Source of the DNA: a virus
IMG/VR virus record: IMGVR_UViG_2974606986_000001
Location: 10,017-74,016 of that record
Reading direction: 5' to 3' (one strand)
DNA length: 64,000 nucleotides
Part shown: positions 1 to 9,186 of the stretch, piece by piece
Layout: each line of letters starts with the position of its first letter
Position numbering within the stretch: position 1 is the stretch's first letter
Translations under genes and position numbers: made by a program
Notes under the pieces: generated by a model
The model's database searches: none
Told to the model about the DNA's origin: nothing
Seen by the model: the letters and a program-made list of their open reading frames with translations, nothing else

Positions 1-182
1 GACTGGTTCATCGCGCTGATGATGCCTTCTTCCTTCATGTTGCTGGCCTGGTAGATCTCGACCTCGGATTCAGTGCTGTCGCCGTCGCGCAGGTAAACCG
101 AACCACGGAAGGTTTTCAGACGGGGTTCCTTCATGGTGGTTACCAGGTTCAGGAAGTCAGCTTTTTTCATCATGTGGGCCAT
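1..182 (-). CDS. Hypothetical early protein, 3' end runs off the window
   Basis: Read manually: ATG at 182 preceded by GAGG, MAHMMKKADFLNLVTTMKEPRLKTFRGSVYL..., open to base 1. Confidence 0.6.
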   Translation of the reverse strand, partial: MAHMMKKADFLNLVTTMKEPRLKTFRGSVYLRDGDSTESEVEIYQASNMKEEGIISAMNQ

Positions 183-232
183 GGGTCGATCCTCTCAGGG
201 GGTGGTGATGCCCGGCGAGCCGGGCGACAGAA

Positions 233-430
233 TCAGAGTGAAGCAATCACAGCGGCGAACTGGGCGCGGCTGGTGCAGTCTGACAGGCGGGCAAAGATTG
301 CTTTGCTTTCGTCGTCTGACACCTGCTGTTCGAACATGCGGCATTCAGCAGCGATAGCTTTCAGAGTGCGTTTGCCGTTCGCGATGTCTGCCTGAATACC
401 TTTCACTGTGTTTGCGGTTACTGTGTTCAT
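233..430 (-). CDS. Hypothetical early protein (65 aa)
   Basis: ATG at 430 with GAGG upstream, directly downstream of consensus promoter 477-505. Confidence 0.65.
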   Translation of the reverse strand: MNTVTANTVKGIQADIANGKRTLKAIAAECRMFEQQVSDDESKAIFARLSDCTSRAQFAAVIASL

Positions 431-476
431 CTGTCTGCCCTCGTTTCCTGCGACCCCGTGTCGCCTCAATGAATAT

Positions 477-508
477 ATAGTAATTGATTATTCGGGGGTC
501 GTCAACCG
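477..508 (-). promoter_or_regulatory. Early sigma70-type promoter, conserved phage motif
   Basis: Minus strand CGG-TTGACG(505-500)-17 bp-TACTAT(482-477). Confidence 0.8.
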
Positions 509-529
509 CCTTGATAAAATTTATAGTAA

Positions 530-1645
530 TTATTTTCCGCCGTCGATCAGGGTGAAGTCTCGCAGTTCATCCAGCTGGCGATTAACCTCCAGCGCCGCAT
601 CGTGGGCCAGCGCCAGGATGGCAGAACGCTGACAGGCGTTAAGGCTAGACCAGTGCGCCTGAAGCGCTTCAATAGCCGCCGGGAAGCGCTGGACCCTGAT
701 ATCCATCGGCGGTTCGATGGTGCCGGTAACGTCCAGTGATGCATTCATCCGCAGCGCTTCGTCATGATGATGCTTGATGATCTGCGCCTTCACCGTGTCA
801 CTACAGCCACGCCAGACCAGGCTGCTAGGGTTGCTCACACTGTCAGCGATGGTCGCGATAGCCGTCTGATACTGGCGATCATCTTCCAGCGCCTCTGCGT
901 GGTTCAGGTTCACCCAGACGCCCCGCATCATCGGCGCTGCGTTGAAGAATTCGTCCTGATGCATTTGCTTGTCAATCGCCAGCGCCTCTTCGTGGGCCAG
1001 TGCCATCAGGAAGTTTTGCTGGTACGGGTCCAGATGGTTGAAGAAAACCTGGTCGCGATAACCGACCGGAAAGAATTTTCTTGTGTTGCCCGCGTAATCA
1101 CACACCTTCGGGGCAGGCTGACCGCGCAGCGCTTCCAGTTGATTGGATTCATAGTCGTAGTTCATCAGAATGGCTTCCATATGGTCTGCATCCAGCTTCG
1201 CGCAACGTCCGGCATAATCCAGGCCCATGAAGTATTCGGCCACGCGGCGACGGTGCTGAACCTCCAGGGCTACAGCGTGCGCCGCTTCACGCGCTTCAAA
1301 ATCAACATTCAAAGCAACCTGCGCCGCCAGGCGACGCAGTTCACCGGCTGTGGTTTTCTCCAGCGATACGAAAGATTCCTGGGTCCAGTCATCCAGGTTC
1401 GCGTTGATGTAGCGTTCAACAGCGTCGGCCATATCTTTGAACTCATTGGCGGCAAAGGTGGTGCTGTTTTCGATGCCGAAAGCATTCGCGGCAGAATCGA
1501 TGATGAGCGCAGCCAGCTGATCAGCACTGCGCCAGTTTTTGCGCAGCGCCGGGATAGAGATGTATCCGACCAGGTTCACTTCGACGCCAGCGATCGCCAT
1601 GATTTCTTGTGCTTTGGTCAGTGCTTTGATTGCTGATTTAGACAT
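530..1645 (-). CDS. Hypothetical early protein with ~6 H-x-x-A-(L/I) helical repeats
   Basis: 371-aa ORF with own promoter; repeats AHAVALEV, DHMEAILM, AHEEALAI, NHAEALED, HHDEALRM, AHDAALEV. Confidence 0.75.
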   Translation of the reverse strand: MSKSAIKALTKAQEIMAIAGVEVNLVGYISIPALRKNWRSADQLAALIIDSAANAFGIENSTTFAANEFKDMADAVERYINANLDDWTQESFVSLEKTTAGELRRLAAQVALNVDFEAREAAHAVALEVQHRRRVAEYFMGLDYAGRCAKLDADHMEAILMNYDYESNQLEALRGQPAPKVCDYAGNTRKFFPVGYRDQVFFNHLDPYQQNFLMALAHEEALAIDKQMHQDEFFNAAPMMRGVWVNLNHAEALEDDRQYQTAIATIADSVSNPSSLVWRGCSDTVKAQIIKHHHDEALRMNASLDVTGTIEPPMDIRVQRFPAAIEALQAHWSSLNACQRSAILALAHDAALEVNRQLDELRDFTLIDGGK

Positions 1646-1677
1646 TTTGTTTTGCTCTCTTTAGTGGGTGTGTGGAT

Positions 1678-1709
1678 ATAGTAATTAATCACTGGCATGT
1701 CGTCAACCG
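1678..1709 (-). promoter_or_regulatory. Early sigma70-type promoter, conserved phage motif
   Basis: TTGACG(1706-1701)-17 bp-TACTAT(1683-1678) with CGG and TAAT flanks. Confidence 0.8.
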
Positions 1710-1797
1710 TTATTTTCACTTAGATGTTATGGGGCTGAATTGAGGCGCGCCATGTGCTAGGTTCCGGGCGTACAACTTAACCAGATGGCGCGAATCC

Positions 1798-3141
1798 ATG
1801 GACTCAGCAAACATCCTCACTGACCCGATGACTGAAGCAGAAAAAGCGGCGCTCTTTCGCGAGAATTTCGACGGGTTTATGAACCTGCTTTTACGGGCAG
1901 GAACCGACGGTGGGACCGTGGCCGAACAGGCTGTCCCGCTGACGGTCACGGAACTTGAAAACCTCTACATGACATCGCCGACCGCACGCCGCATCGTCGA
2001 TATTTACCCGGAAGAAATGTTCCGCGCTGGCTTCACTCTGAAGGGTGTGCCGGACGGCTTCGACATGGACGCGCTTCGCAGCGATTGGGAAGATCTGGAT
2101 CTTGATTCAAAGCTGATCCAGTTCTTCACATGGTCACGCCTCTATGGCGGTGCCGGGCTGTTGCTGGGAACCAAAACCGGTGCTCAGTTCAGTGAACCGA
2201 TGGACACACTGGAAGAACTCGACTTCGTGCGCGTGCTGGGTGCGCCGGAAATGAAGTCAATGATCGACGTGACGGTCAGCCCTGAATCTGCGCTGTCTGG
2301 CGTGCCTGAAGTGTGGAACGTCAAACCGCTGCTGGGTGGTTCCGATTTCCCGGTCCACAATTCGCGCGTGCTGTTTGACGGCGGAAAGCCGATGCCGCCA
2401 GCGATGCGCCTGACGCAAAAATCTGACTTCGGCATGTCAATCTTGCAGGGGTTGCAGGACAAGATCGCCCGCTATGACATCGCGAACAAGATGGCGAACC
2501 TGATCCTTTCACGCCTGCAACAGGGTGTGTGGAAGTCGGACGGCCTGGGCGAACTCTGCGATAACGACGCCGGGTTCCGCACGGTGCAGCGCCGCCTGAA
2601 CCTGGTCGACTCGACCCGCAGCGTTTCGAATACTATCGCTATCGATTCAACGGAAGAATATACGCTGTTAAGCGGTACTCTGGCCGGTGTAACCGACCTG
2701 CTCAAAGAGTACCGCGCGCAGCTGTCGCTTTATACCGGGATCCCTGAAGTCGCGTTCAGTTCTGCGACCGTAGGCGGAATCTCAAACAGCTCTGAAGGTC
2801 CATTACAGATGTTCTGGTCCGCCACCGCGCGTGAGCAAAAATTACGCGCAAACCGCATCGTGATGAAACTGGTCATGATGCTGCGGCCTGAACTGAAAAC
2901 CTTCACCATCGAATGGCTGCCACTGGCCGAAGAGTCACCAGCAGCTGCCGCTGACCGTCTTCAGAAAACCGCCGCCGCTGATGCCGCTTACATCACATCA
3001 GGCGTGCTGTCGGTCGAAGAGATTCGCGACACACTCGGAACGCGTGGTGATTACCGTCTGGGCAAAAACCCGCCGCCGCCACCGCGCCAGCCAGCGCCGG
3101 TGACCACCAGCAACCCATCGACACCGGCAGGCGGTGAATAA
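1798..3141 (+). CDS. Portal protein (DUF1073/anti-CBASS-unrelated phage portal type)
   Basis: 447 aa, first gene of head module; ARRIVDIYPEEMFRAG, WSRLYGGAGLLL and G+S+LQ motifs typical of DUF1073-type portals. Confidence 0.85.
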   Translation: MDSANILTDPMTEAEKAALFRENFDGFMNLLLRAGTDGGTVAEQAVPLTVTELENLYMTSPTARRIVDIYPEEMFRAGFTLKGVPDGFDMDALRSDWEDLDLDSKLIQFFTWSRLYGGAGLLLGTKTGAQFSEPMDTLEELDFVRVLGAPEMKSMIDVTVSPESALSGVPEVWNVKPLLGGSDFPVHNSRVLFDGGKPMPPAMRLTQKSDFGMSILQGLQDKIARYDIANKMANLILSRLQQGVWKSDGLGELCDNDAGFRTVQRRLNLVDSTRSVSNTIAIDSTEEYTLLSGTLAGVTDLLKEYRAQLSLYTGIPEVAFSSATVGGISNSSEGPLQMFWSATAREQKLRANRIVMKLVMMLRPELKTFTIEWLPLAEESPAAAADRLQKTAAADAAYITSGVLSVEEIRDTLGTRGDYRLGKNPPPPPRQPAPVTTSNPSTPAGGE

Positions 3142-4013
3142 TGGCCCGCTTCATTCCGGCGCAGCCTCGCGCCCTTGAAATGCAGTATTTCAGGGACATC
3201 GACAGCATTCACACCGGGATGGTGCAGGCCGTGCGCCAGAATATCGGGCTGGCGGATGCCCTGCCGCGTCTGCGCATGGATGCGGATCCGGGCGAATGGT
3301 CATTCGTCAATGCGGTGGTGACCACCATTACCGCCGGGAAAGACCGCGTGATCAGCCTGCTGGACACAAAGTTCGAACAGGTATCGCATTTCAATTGGGT
3401 GCAGTGGGCGCGCGAAGTGAAGGCCGGGACCGGCCACCAGCTTCAGGAGATCCGCCCATGGTATGAACCCGGCATCGATATTCAGGGCCGGATCTGGGTG
3501 CGGGACAACGTGTCGCTGATCACGCAGATGTCAGGCCAGATGGATGCGGAATTCCAGCGCGTCGTTCATGACGCGGTCAGGCGTGGTCTGTCAAAAAACC
3601 AGCTGAAGAAAGATATCCTGGATCAGATTGAAGGATTCGGCGGCGTCCGGGGCCTGTCAGCGGAACAGCGCGCGGACCTGATTGCTACTGACCAGATCCT
3701 GAAGGCTAACAGCTCGCTGACGAACCAGCGCCAGCAGAACGCCGGGGTTTCTTACTACCGCTGGCAAGGCATGATGGACAACCGCGAAAGACATTCGCAT
3801 GTCCTGTTACAAAATCACATTTTCCGCGTCGATGGCAAACCGATGACGGATGCAGATCTGAAAGCGGTCGGCAATGAGTGGCAGACCATCAGACACCCAT
3901 CAGAATCAGACAGTGAAGCCAGCAGACCGGGAACGGCTGTTCGGTGCCGGTGCCATTCTGAAACCGTGTTTAAAGGGTCGGTTTTCGACTTTGAAGGGTT
4001 AGACGAGGAATAA
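3141..4013 (+). CDS. Head morphogenesis protein (SPP1 gp7 / Mu gpF family)
   Basis: RADLIATDQILKANSSLT...YRWQGMMDNRERHSH...PGTAVRCRC motif; follows portal. Confidence 0.85.
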   Translation: MARFIPAQPRALEMQYFRDIDSIHTGMVQAVRQNIGLADALPRLRMDADPGEWSFVNAVVTTITAGKDRVISLLDTKFEQVSHFNWVQWAREVKAGTGHQLQEIRPWYEPGIDIQGRIWVRDNVSLITQMSGQMDAEFQRVVHDAVRRGLSKNQLKKDILDQIEGFGGVRGLSAEQRADLIATDQILKANSSLTNQRQQNAGVSYYRWQGMMDNRERHSHVLLQNHIFRVDGKPMTDADLKAVGNEWQTIRHPSESDSEASRPGTAVRCRCHSETVFKGSVFDFEGLDEE

Positions 4014-4019
4014 CCAAAA

Positions 4020-5153
4020 ATGAAGACAGTAATTCGCTATGACTCTGCGGAACTGAAAGCCCGCGAAGACTCCGACGGATTTCTACACGATTCGCCGGTA
4101 GTGGCCCGCACCGGGATCATGGTGTACCGCAATGCAGACGGAACCGTCCGTCGTGAACTGCGCACCCGTGAAGATGCCAGCAGCCCCGGCTTCCTGGAAT
4201 CCATGGTCGGCAAGCCGATTATCGTTACTCACAAACTCGGAATGGTGAACCAGCATTCCGCGAAAGGTAACGTAGTCGGGACCATGCTTAGCGCACGCCA
4301 TGACGGCGATAAGACCCGCGCGCAAATCGTAATCCATGACGGTGAAGCGATTAAAATGGCCCGCCAGAACATTGCCCGTGAATTGTCATTGGGTTATAGG
4401 CTGGAATTGGAAAATCGTGCTGGATACTATAACGCCGACTCGGACGAGATCAGCGATGTTGCAAAGCCTGGCTTTGAACCATTCGACGTGATCCAGCGTT
4501 CGATCCGTGTAAATCATCTGGCTTTAGTTCGCCGCGCCCGCGCTGGTGAAATGGCCCGCCTGAATCTTGACGGCGATGAAATAACCATTAATGAGGCAAA
4601 CTTGATGAAAATCAAACTCCCGAACGGCGTTGAAGTCGAAGTCACTGAAGAAGTCGGCGCGGCTTATAACGATCAGATGACCCGATTGGATGGTGTCAGC
4701 TCTGAACTGTCTACCACTAAAGGCACCCTGATCGCAGTATCCGCCGAACGTGACCAGCTGAAAGTCGAAGTGAATGGCTTCGAAGACAAGCTGAAAAAAT
4801 CACGTATGGACGCGATGGACGAACTTAAAGCCACCGACGCCCTGATTAAATCTGTTGCTCATAAAGTGACTGATACCGATGGAAAGTCTGACGTTGAAAT
4901 TAAATCAGCGTTCCTGAAGGCTGTTATGCCTGCCATTAACCTAGACGGTATGGAAGATGCGGCAATCGATGGCGCGTTCGCTGTTGCTCTGGCTTCTCAC
5001 CCAGCCACCAAAGACACCAACGGCCAGCGCAAAACCGCAACTGGTCAACGTGGCGATGCTGCCGAAGATGAGAACGACGGTAAAACCGCCTCTCAGATCG
5101 CGCAGGAAAAACACCGCGCCCGCCTGTTCGCCAACAACATCGCAGGTAAATAA
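4020..5153 (+). CDS. DUF2213-type prohead protease/scaffold protein
   Basis: VARTGIMVY, RELSLGY, IRVNHLALVRRARAG...LNLD motifs plus C-terminal coiled coil. Confidence 0.85.
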   Translation: MKTVIRYDSAELKAREDSDGFLHDSPVVARTGIMVYRNADGTVRRELRTREDASSPGFLESMVGKPIIVTHKLGMVNQHSAKGNVVGTMLSARHDGDKTRAQIVIHDGEAIKMARQNIARELSLGYRLELENRAGYYNADSDEISDVAKPGFEPFDVIQRSIRVNHLALVRRARAGEMARLNLDGDEITINEANLMKIKLPNGVEVEVTEEVGAAYNDQMTRLDGVSSELSTTKGTLIAVSAERDQLKVEVNGFEDKLKKSRMDAMDELKATDALIKSVAHKVTDTDGKSDVEIKSAFLKAVMPAINLDGMEDAAIDGAFAVALASHPATKDTNGQRKTATGQRGDAAEDENDGKTASQIAQEKHRARLFANNIAGK

Positions 5154-5155
5154 TC

Positions 5156-5980
5156 ATGCTGGACATCATGAATTTGCAGGGTCGACGCATTGCGCTCGCC
5201 GGTGCGATTAGTGATGCCTCTCTGACTGATATCATGACGGTGACTAACCGTGACCCGGCCCAGGGTAATGGCGTCGGGTTCCGCGCGGGAACCGTCGTTG
5301 TGATTGATAGCATGATGGGCGACAACTATCGCGGCTTTACCCCCGCTGATATGGCGTCCGCCGCTGGCAAGATCTGCGGCGTTGCAGTCTTCAGCCATTA
5401 CGAAATGGACCAGTTCGCAGACAGCAACATCGAACTGAATGGCGCACTTAAGCAACACCCTTGCAACGTGGCAACCACTGCGCGCGTCTGGGTGCTGGCT
5501 GATGTGACCGGCATTCAGCCAAATGACAAAGTCGCGGTGGGCCAGTTCAAAGTCGATGGAACCAATCTTCTGTCAGGCGTGGTGAAAAAGGCTTCGGGTA
5601 GCAATATTCCAGGCTGGTTCTTCACTGGTCGCACTGTGAAAGATGCGAACGGTTTCCAGGTGGCGGAAGTTCAGGTCCGACCTCAAACGGTAGCGGCTGC
5701 CGCTGCTGCGGTCGTGCCGGTAACTGGTGTAACCATTACCGAACCTGACCAGTCGCTGGCTAAAGGCGCTAAATTCACGTTCCACGCGGTAGTGGCCCCG
5801 ACCGGCGCAACCAATAAGGGCGTGAAGTGGTCATCCAGCGATACAGCTGTCGTGACCATCAATGCGGACACTGGCGAAGCAACGGCGGTATCTGGTGCGG
5901 CTTCAGCTGCAACAGCGACCATCACAGCAACAACCGATGACGGCGCGAAGAAAGCAACCCGCGTTATCACTATTTCTTAA
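5156..5980 (+). CDS. Capsid decoration/cement protein with C-terminal Ig-like (Big_2) domain
   Basis: Position before MCP; poly-Ala linker then VPVTGVTI...ATNKGVKWSSSDTAVVTI. Confidence 0.75.
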   Translation: MLDIMNLQGRRIALAGAISDASLTDIMTVTNRDPAQGNGVGFRAGTVVVIDSMMGDNYRGFTPADMASAAGKICGVAVFSHYEMDQFADSNIELNGALKQHPCNVATTARVWVLADVTGIQPNDKVAVGQFKVDGTNLLSGVVKKASGSNIPGWFFTGRTVKDANGFQVAEVQVRPQTVAAAAAAVVPVTGVTITEPDQSLAKGAKFTFHAVVAPTGATNKGVKWSSSDTAVVTINADTGEATAVSGAASAATATITATTDDGAKKATRVITIS

Positions 5981-5992
5981 GGGGTTTGAACT

Positions 5993-6538
5993 ATGGTTCT
6001 TCCAATCATGCAATTCGACCGTTACGAGCGTAAAGGTCGCGCGGGTCTGATTTCAGATTCGTCTTTGCTGGACACCGTCACCGGCGTTTCAGATGAAGCC
6101 GTTCGCCATGGTGTGATCGTTGACATCACCGGCATCGTCGGCAATGACGGCAACAAAAGCACGCTGAAGTTTGCCACTCTGGCAACCGGCGCGGCTGGCA
6201 AGGCTGCAAAACGCCCTGCTATCGTTGCTCTCAGCCACTATGACACCGTTGAAGGTCGTAACAACGGCGTTGCCGCTGGCGCTCCTGCGAACCTGGTGGA
6301 AACTGGCCGTGTGTGGGTTCTGCTGAAAACTGGCGTTACCGTCACTCCGATGGGTCCGGTTGCTGTCGCAGCGCCGTCTGCGGGTAGCAATGTCGTCAGT
6401 GGCGTGAAAGGCACTGTGACAAATGCGGCTGGCGATGGTTCTGATGCAGTTCGTGGGCTTGTATTCACGGGCCGTACAGATAAAAATTCTGCTGGTGTCG
6501 AAATCGCAGAAGTACAGATCCGCCCACAAACGGCCTAA
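5993..6538 (+). CDS. Capsid decoration/cement protein, paralog of upstream gene without Ig domain
   Basis: Shares AGxISDxSL, RVWVL and FTGRT...AEVQxRPQT with 5156..5980. Confidence 0.75.
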   Translation: MVLPIMQFDRYERKGRAGLISDSSLLDTVTGVSDEAVRHGVIVDITGIVGNDGNKSTLKFATLATGAAGKAAKRPAIVALSHYDTVEGRNNGVAAGAPANLVETGRVWVLLKTGVTVTPMGPVAVAAPSAGSNVVSGVKGTVTNAAGDGSDAVRGLVFTGRTDKNSAGVEIAEVQIRPQTA

Positions 6539-6577
6539 TAGGTTTCGTTTTTAACTTTGATTTTGGAGTGTGCGCAA

Positions 6578-7564
6578 ATGCCGCAACTTAATTACGACGA
6601 AGCGGAAATGAGATATTTCCGCGATCATTCCGAAGTCCGTCTGGACGAAGCGGAATCTATCTTCCTGGCCCGTGAACTGGACGCGCTGCGCGCTCGCGTA
6701 TTCGAAGCCGAATTCCCCGGCCTGAATGCGTTGCAGATCTTCCCGGTTCAGTCTGAAGCGGCAAGCTGGCAGAAGACTTTCACCTATGGCCTGATGTCAG
6801 AATTCGGTATCGCAAAAATCGTTTCAGATTATGCGGACGACATTCCGATGGTCGGCGTTATGGGTCAGTGGGAAACCTGTACCATTTACCGCATCGCTGA
6901 CGCCTATCAGTTCAGCCTGGATGAAATCCGCGCTGCTCAGGCGCTGGGCAAAAACCTGAACGGTCGTCTGGCTCTGGCTGCACGTCGTGGCTGTGATGCG
7001 AAAATTAACGAACTGGCGTTCAAGGGTGATGCTGCTTATAACATCGTCGGCCTGTTCAACCACCCGAACCTGACCTGGGTTTCTGCTTCTCTCAGCTGGA
7101 CAGCTGGCGGTAGCGGTAAAACTGGTTCAGCTGCTGCGTTCGATGACCTGGTGAAAGCCATCGGCATCGTGAACACGGTTACTAAGGGCCTTCACAATGC
7201 TAACCGCATCGTGATTCCACCTTCCATGACCACTGTTCTGACTGCCCAGCTGCCGAACACTTCCATTTCTTATAAATCGTTCCTGCTTCAGGAATACCCG
7301 AATATGGCGATTTATACCGCGCAGGAACTGGAAGCAGGCCCAGGTGGTAAACCTTGTGCCATCGTGTTCGAATACGACGCCGATAGCCTGGCTATCGAAC
7401 TGTCGCAGCCGTTCGAACAGATGCCAGCAGTGTGGAACAACTTCCACGCTAAAGTGGCGTGCTCTGCGCGTACCGCTGGCCTGATCGTGTACAAGCCGCA
7501 AACCACTGTCATCATCACCAGCCTGATCGAAGGCAGCGGCAACGAACAGAACAAGCCTGCTTAA
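6578..7564 (+). CDS. Major capsid protein (DUF2184/encapsulin-like HK97 fold)
   Basis: FLARELDALRARVFE, AKIVSDYADDIPMV, GLFNHPNL, ARTAGLIVYKP motifs; ATG 6578 with GGAG upstream. Confidence 0.9.
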   Translation: MPQLNYDEAEMRYFRDHSEVRLDEAESIFLARELDALRARVFEAEFPGLNALQIFPVQSEAASWQKTFTYGLMSEFGIAKIVSDYADDIPMVGVMGQWETCTIYRIADAYQFSLDEIRAAQALGKNLNGRLALAARRGCDAKINELAFKGDAAYNIVGLFNHPNLTWVSASLSWTAGGSGKTGSAAAFDDLVKAIGIVNTVTKGLHNANRIVIPPSMTTVLTAQLPNTSISYKSFLLQEYPNMAIYTAQELEAGPGGKPCAIVFEYDADSLAIELSQPFEQMPAVWNNFHAKVACSARTAGLIVYKPQTTVIITSLIEGSGNEQNKPA

Positions 7565-7584
7565 TCTGTTCTGACTCGCTAATA

Positions 7585-7610
7585 AAAGGCCCCTTCCGGG
7601 GCCTTTTTTA
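7585..7610. terminator. Bidirectional rho-independent terminator
   Basis: AAAAGGCCCC-TTCC-GGGGCCTTTTTT between convergent genes. Confidence 0.85.
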
Positions 7611-7778
7611 TTTGGGTTCGCGCTGAACATTTTCGCCTTTGCCGGTGTATTTCACACGGCAGGTGGTGCATTCGTAGCCGGTATCGTCGGCGCGGTACTC
7701 CGGGTAAAACCACGAATGGCCGCAGCGACACAACACCTGATGCTGAACCCCGTTTTTTCGGGCGTAAATCTGAACCAT
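7608..7778 (-). CDS. Small Cys-rich (zinc-ribbon-like) protein, 56 aa, absent from ORF track
   Basis: MVQIYARKNGVQHQVLCRCGHSWFYPEYRADDTGYECTTCRVKYTGKGENVQREPK; CxC/CxxC pairs. Confidence 0.65.
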   Translation of the reverse strand: MVQIYARKNGVQHQVLCRCGHSWFYPEYRADDTGYECTTCRVKYTGKGENVQREPK

Positions 7779-7780
7779 TT

Positions 7781-8542
7781 TCACTTCGGTTGTTCCTCTT
7801 CGATAATCACTTCAGCTCTGGTCGGCCTGGTAAAGTAGGCGTGCGTCGTGTCGCCTGCTGCATGCTCAAAACTGCCACTGAATCGGATGCGTTTACCTGG
7901 CAACTCTTCGACGCATGCCAGGCTTTGTGGGCGGGTTCCCCATGCCGTTGATCCGTTGTCCATGACCACCAGCATTTTGATGCTGATCCCGTAATCGTTA
8001 ACAGCCTGCTTAAGGAATTTCACAACGCCTTCCACGACGGTTTTACCCTGCGGTGCCGTGCCCTTCATCGCCTTCTCTGCCTCGCGGGCCTCCTGCTCTT
8101 CCGCTGCGGTGATGGCTTCCACAACCTTGATGATCGGGTCATAGCCGGTCAGGTAGGCGTAAACATAAGGCGCGCCGCCCCGGTCAAACTCTTTACCGAA
8201 CCCAAGGTCAGCCCAATTGCGCATGATGTCGGTGAACTCGACACGTTGCGACACCGGGACCAGCATCCGGTATTTACGGTGCGGGTAAGGTTCGGTCGGC
8301 TCGCTGTAGTTCCAGTCATCCTTCGGCAGCGGGACCCATTGGCCTTTCCCATATACTTCTCCGGTGTCTAAGTGGGTCCAGCCGTCATGGGGCGCATGCC
8401 AGCCGCTGGAACTGTAATTCGGGGCTTGCTGCTTGCCGTTGTCAGTAACGGCTGCCAGAAGGGCTTCACGGCGCTTGCTGTAGGCTTCGCTTAGTTCGGC
8501 ATGGCGAGCTTTGATGGCGTTCTGGATTCTTTCGAGATTCAT
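7781..8542 (-). CDS. Hypothetical early protein, possible C-terminal OB fold
   Basis: ATG 8542 with GAGG RBS after consensus promoter; GWHAPHDG motif. Confidence 0.7.
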   Translation of the reverse strand: MNLERIQNAIKARHAELSEAYSKRREALLAAVTDNGKQQAPNYSSSGWHAPHDGWTHLDTGEVYGKGQWVPLPKDDWNYSEPTEPYPHRKYRMLVPVSQRVEFTDIMRNWADLGFGKEFDRGGAPYVYAYLTGYDPIIKVVEAITAAEEQEAREAEKAMKGTAPQGKTVVEGVVKFLKQAVNDYGISIKMLVVMDNGSTAWGTRPQSLACVEELPGKRIRFSGSFEHAAGDTTHAYFTRPTRAEVIIEEEQPK

Positions 8543-8573
8543 GATAGGGGCCTCTTTTATTGGGTAGGCCCCT

Positions 8574-8605
8574 ATAGTAATTAAATAATGACTAGTCGTC
8601 AACCG
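8574..8605 (-). promoter_or_regulatory. Early sigma70-type promoter, conserved phage motif
   Basis: TTGACG(8602-8597)-17 bp-TACTAT(8579-8574). Confidence 0.8.
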
Positions 8606-8882
8606 ACTTTGTTGAACCGTCGAACGCGGCCCGGTAAAGGTTTAATGCATGCATCGGCATTTTGGCCGACGCCACCGCCTGAATGAAACGGCGCGCCATT
8701 TTGCTTTTATAGCGGCCACGCATCCGGCGACAGCAGATCCACAGCGCGGCGCTGCGGTCGCGGCCATCGGCAACAGCCACCAGCGCGCAGATCTCCAGAA
8801 CCATGATGGCGTCGTAAAGCTCCATGGCTGCCGCCTCAACCCGTGCCAGCCCTTTCATTACGGCTTGCCTTTCCCGACCCAT
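8592..8882 (-). CDS. Hypothetical protein
   Basis: ORF track; tiles with neighbours; start uncertain. Confidence 0.55.
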   Translation of the reverse strand: MGRERQAVMKGLARVEAAAMELYDAIMVLEICALVAVADGRDRSAALWICCRRMRGRYKSKMARRFIQAVASAKMPMHALNLYRAAFDGSTKSVDD

Positions 8883-9184
8883 TCGTCGATAACCGCTGCG
8901 GCTGCTTCCCGTGCGTTCATTTTGGCCGGACGAAGGAAGCGCGCTTCAAGGTTCTGGATGCTCTGATGTTCAGGCGAATTAACCCGATAGCCCAGGCTGT
9001 CAGCCATCCGTTGCTGGGGGGTAAGTGCAAAGTCTTCGCTCAGCCCCTGCACTTCGACCGCTGGGCCGTCTCCGCTCTGGACAGTGACGGTTACCCCTTC
9101 CGGGCTGTAGCGCGCATGGTGGGCCGCTTCATGCGGGTCGTTAAAGTCGATAACAGGTTCTTTGGTGATCTTCGGGATAGCCAT
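8858..9184 (-). CDS. Hypothetical protein
   Basis: 108-aa ORF tiling the minus-strand block. Confidence 0.65.
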   Translation of the reverse strand: MAIPKITKEPVIDFNDPHEAAHHARYSPEGVTVTVQSGDGPAVEVQGLSEDFALTPQQRMADSLGYRVNSPEHQSIQNLEARFLRPAKMNAREAAAAVIDEWVGKGKP

Positions 9185-9186
9185 GA

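Noticed and set aside
764-1636. 290-aa plus-strand ORF
   Set aside because: Antisense shadow of 530..1645, which has promoter and RBS
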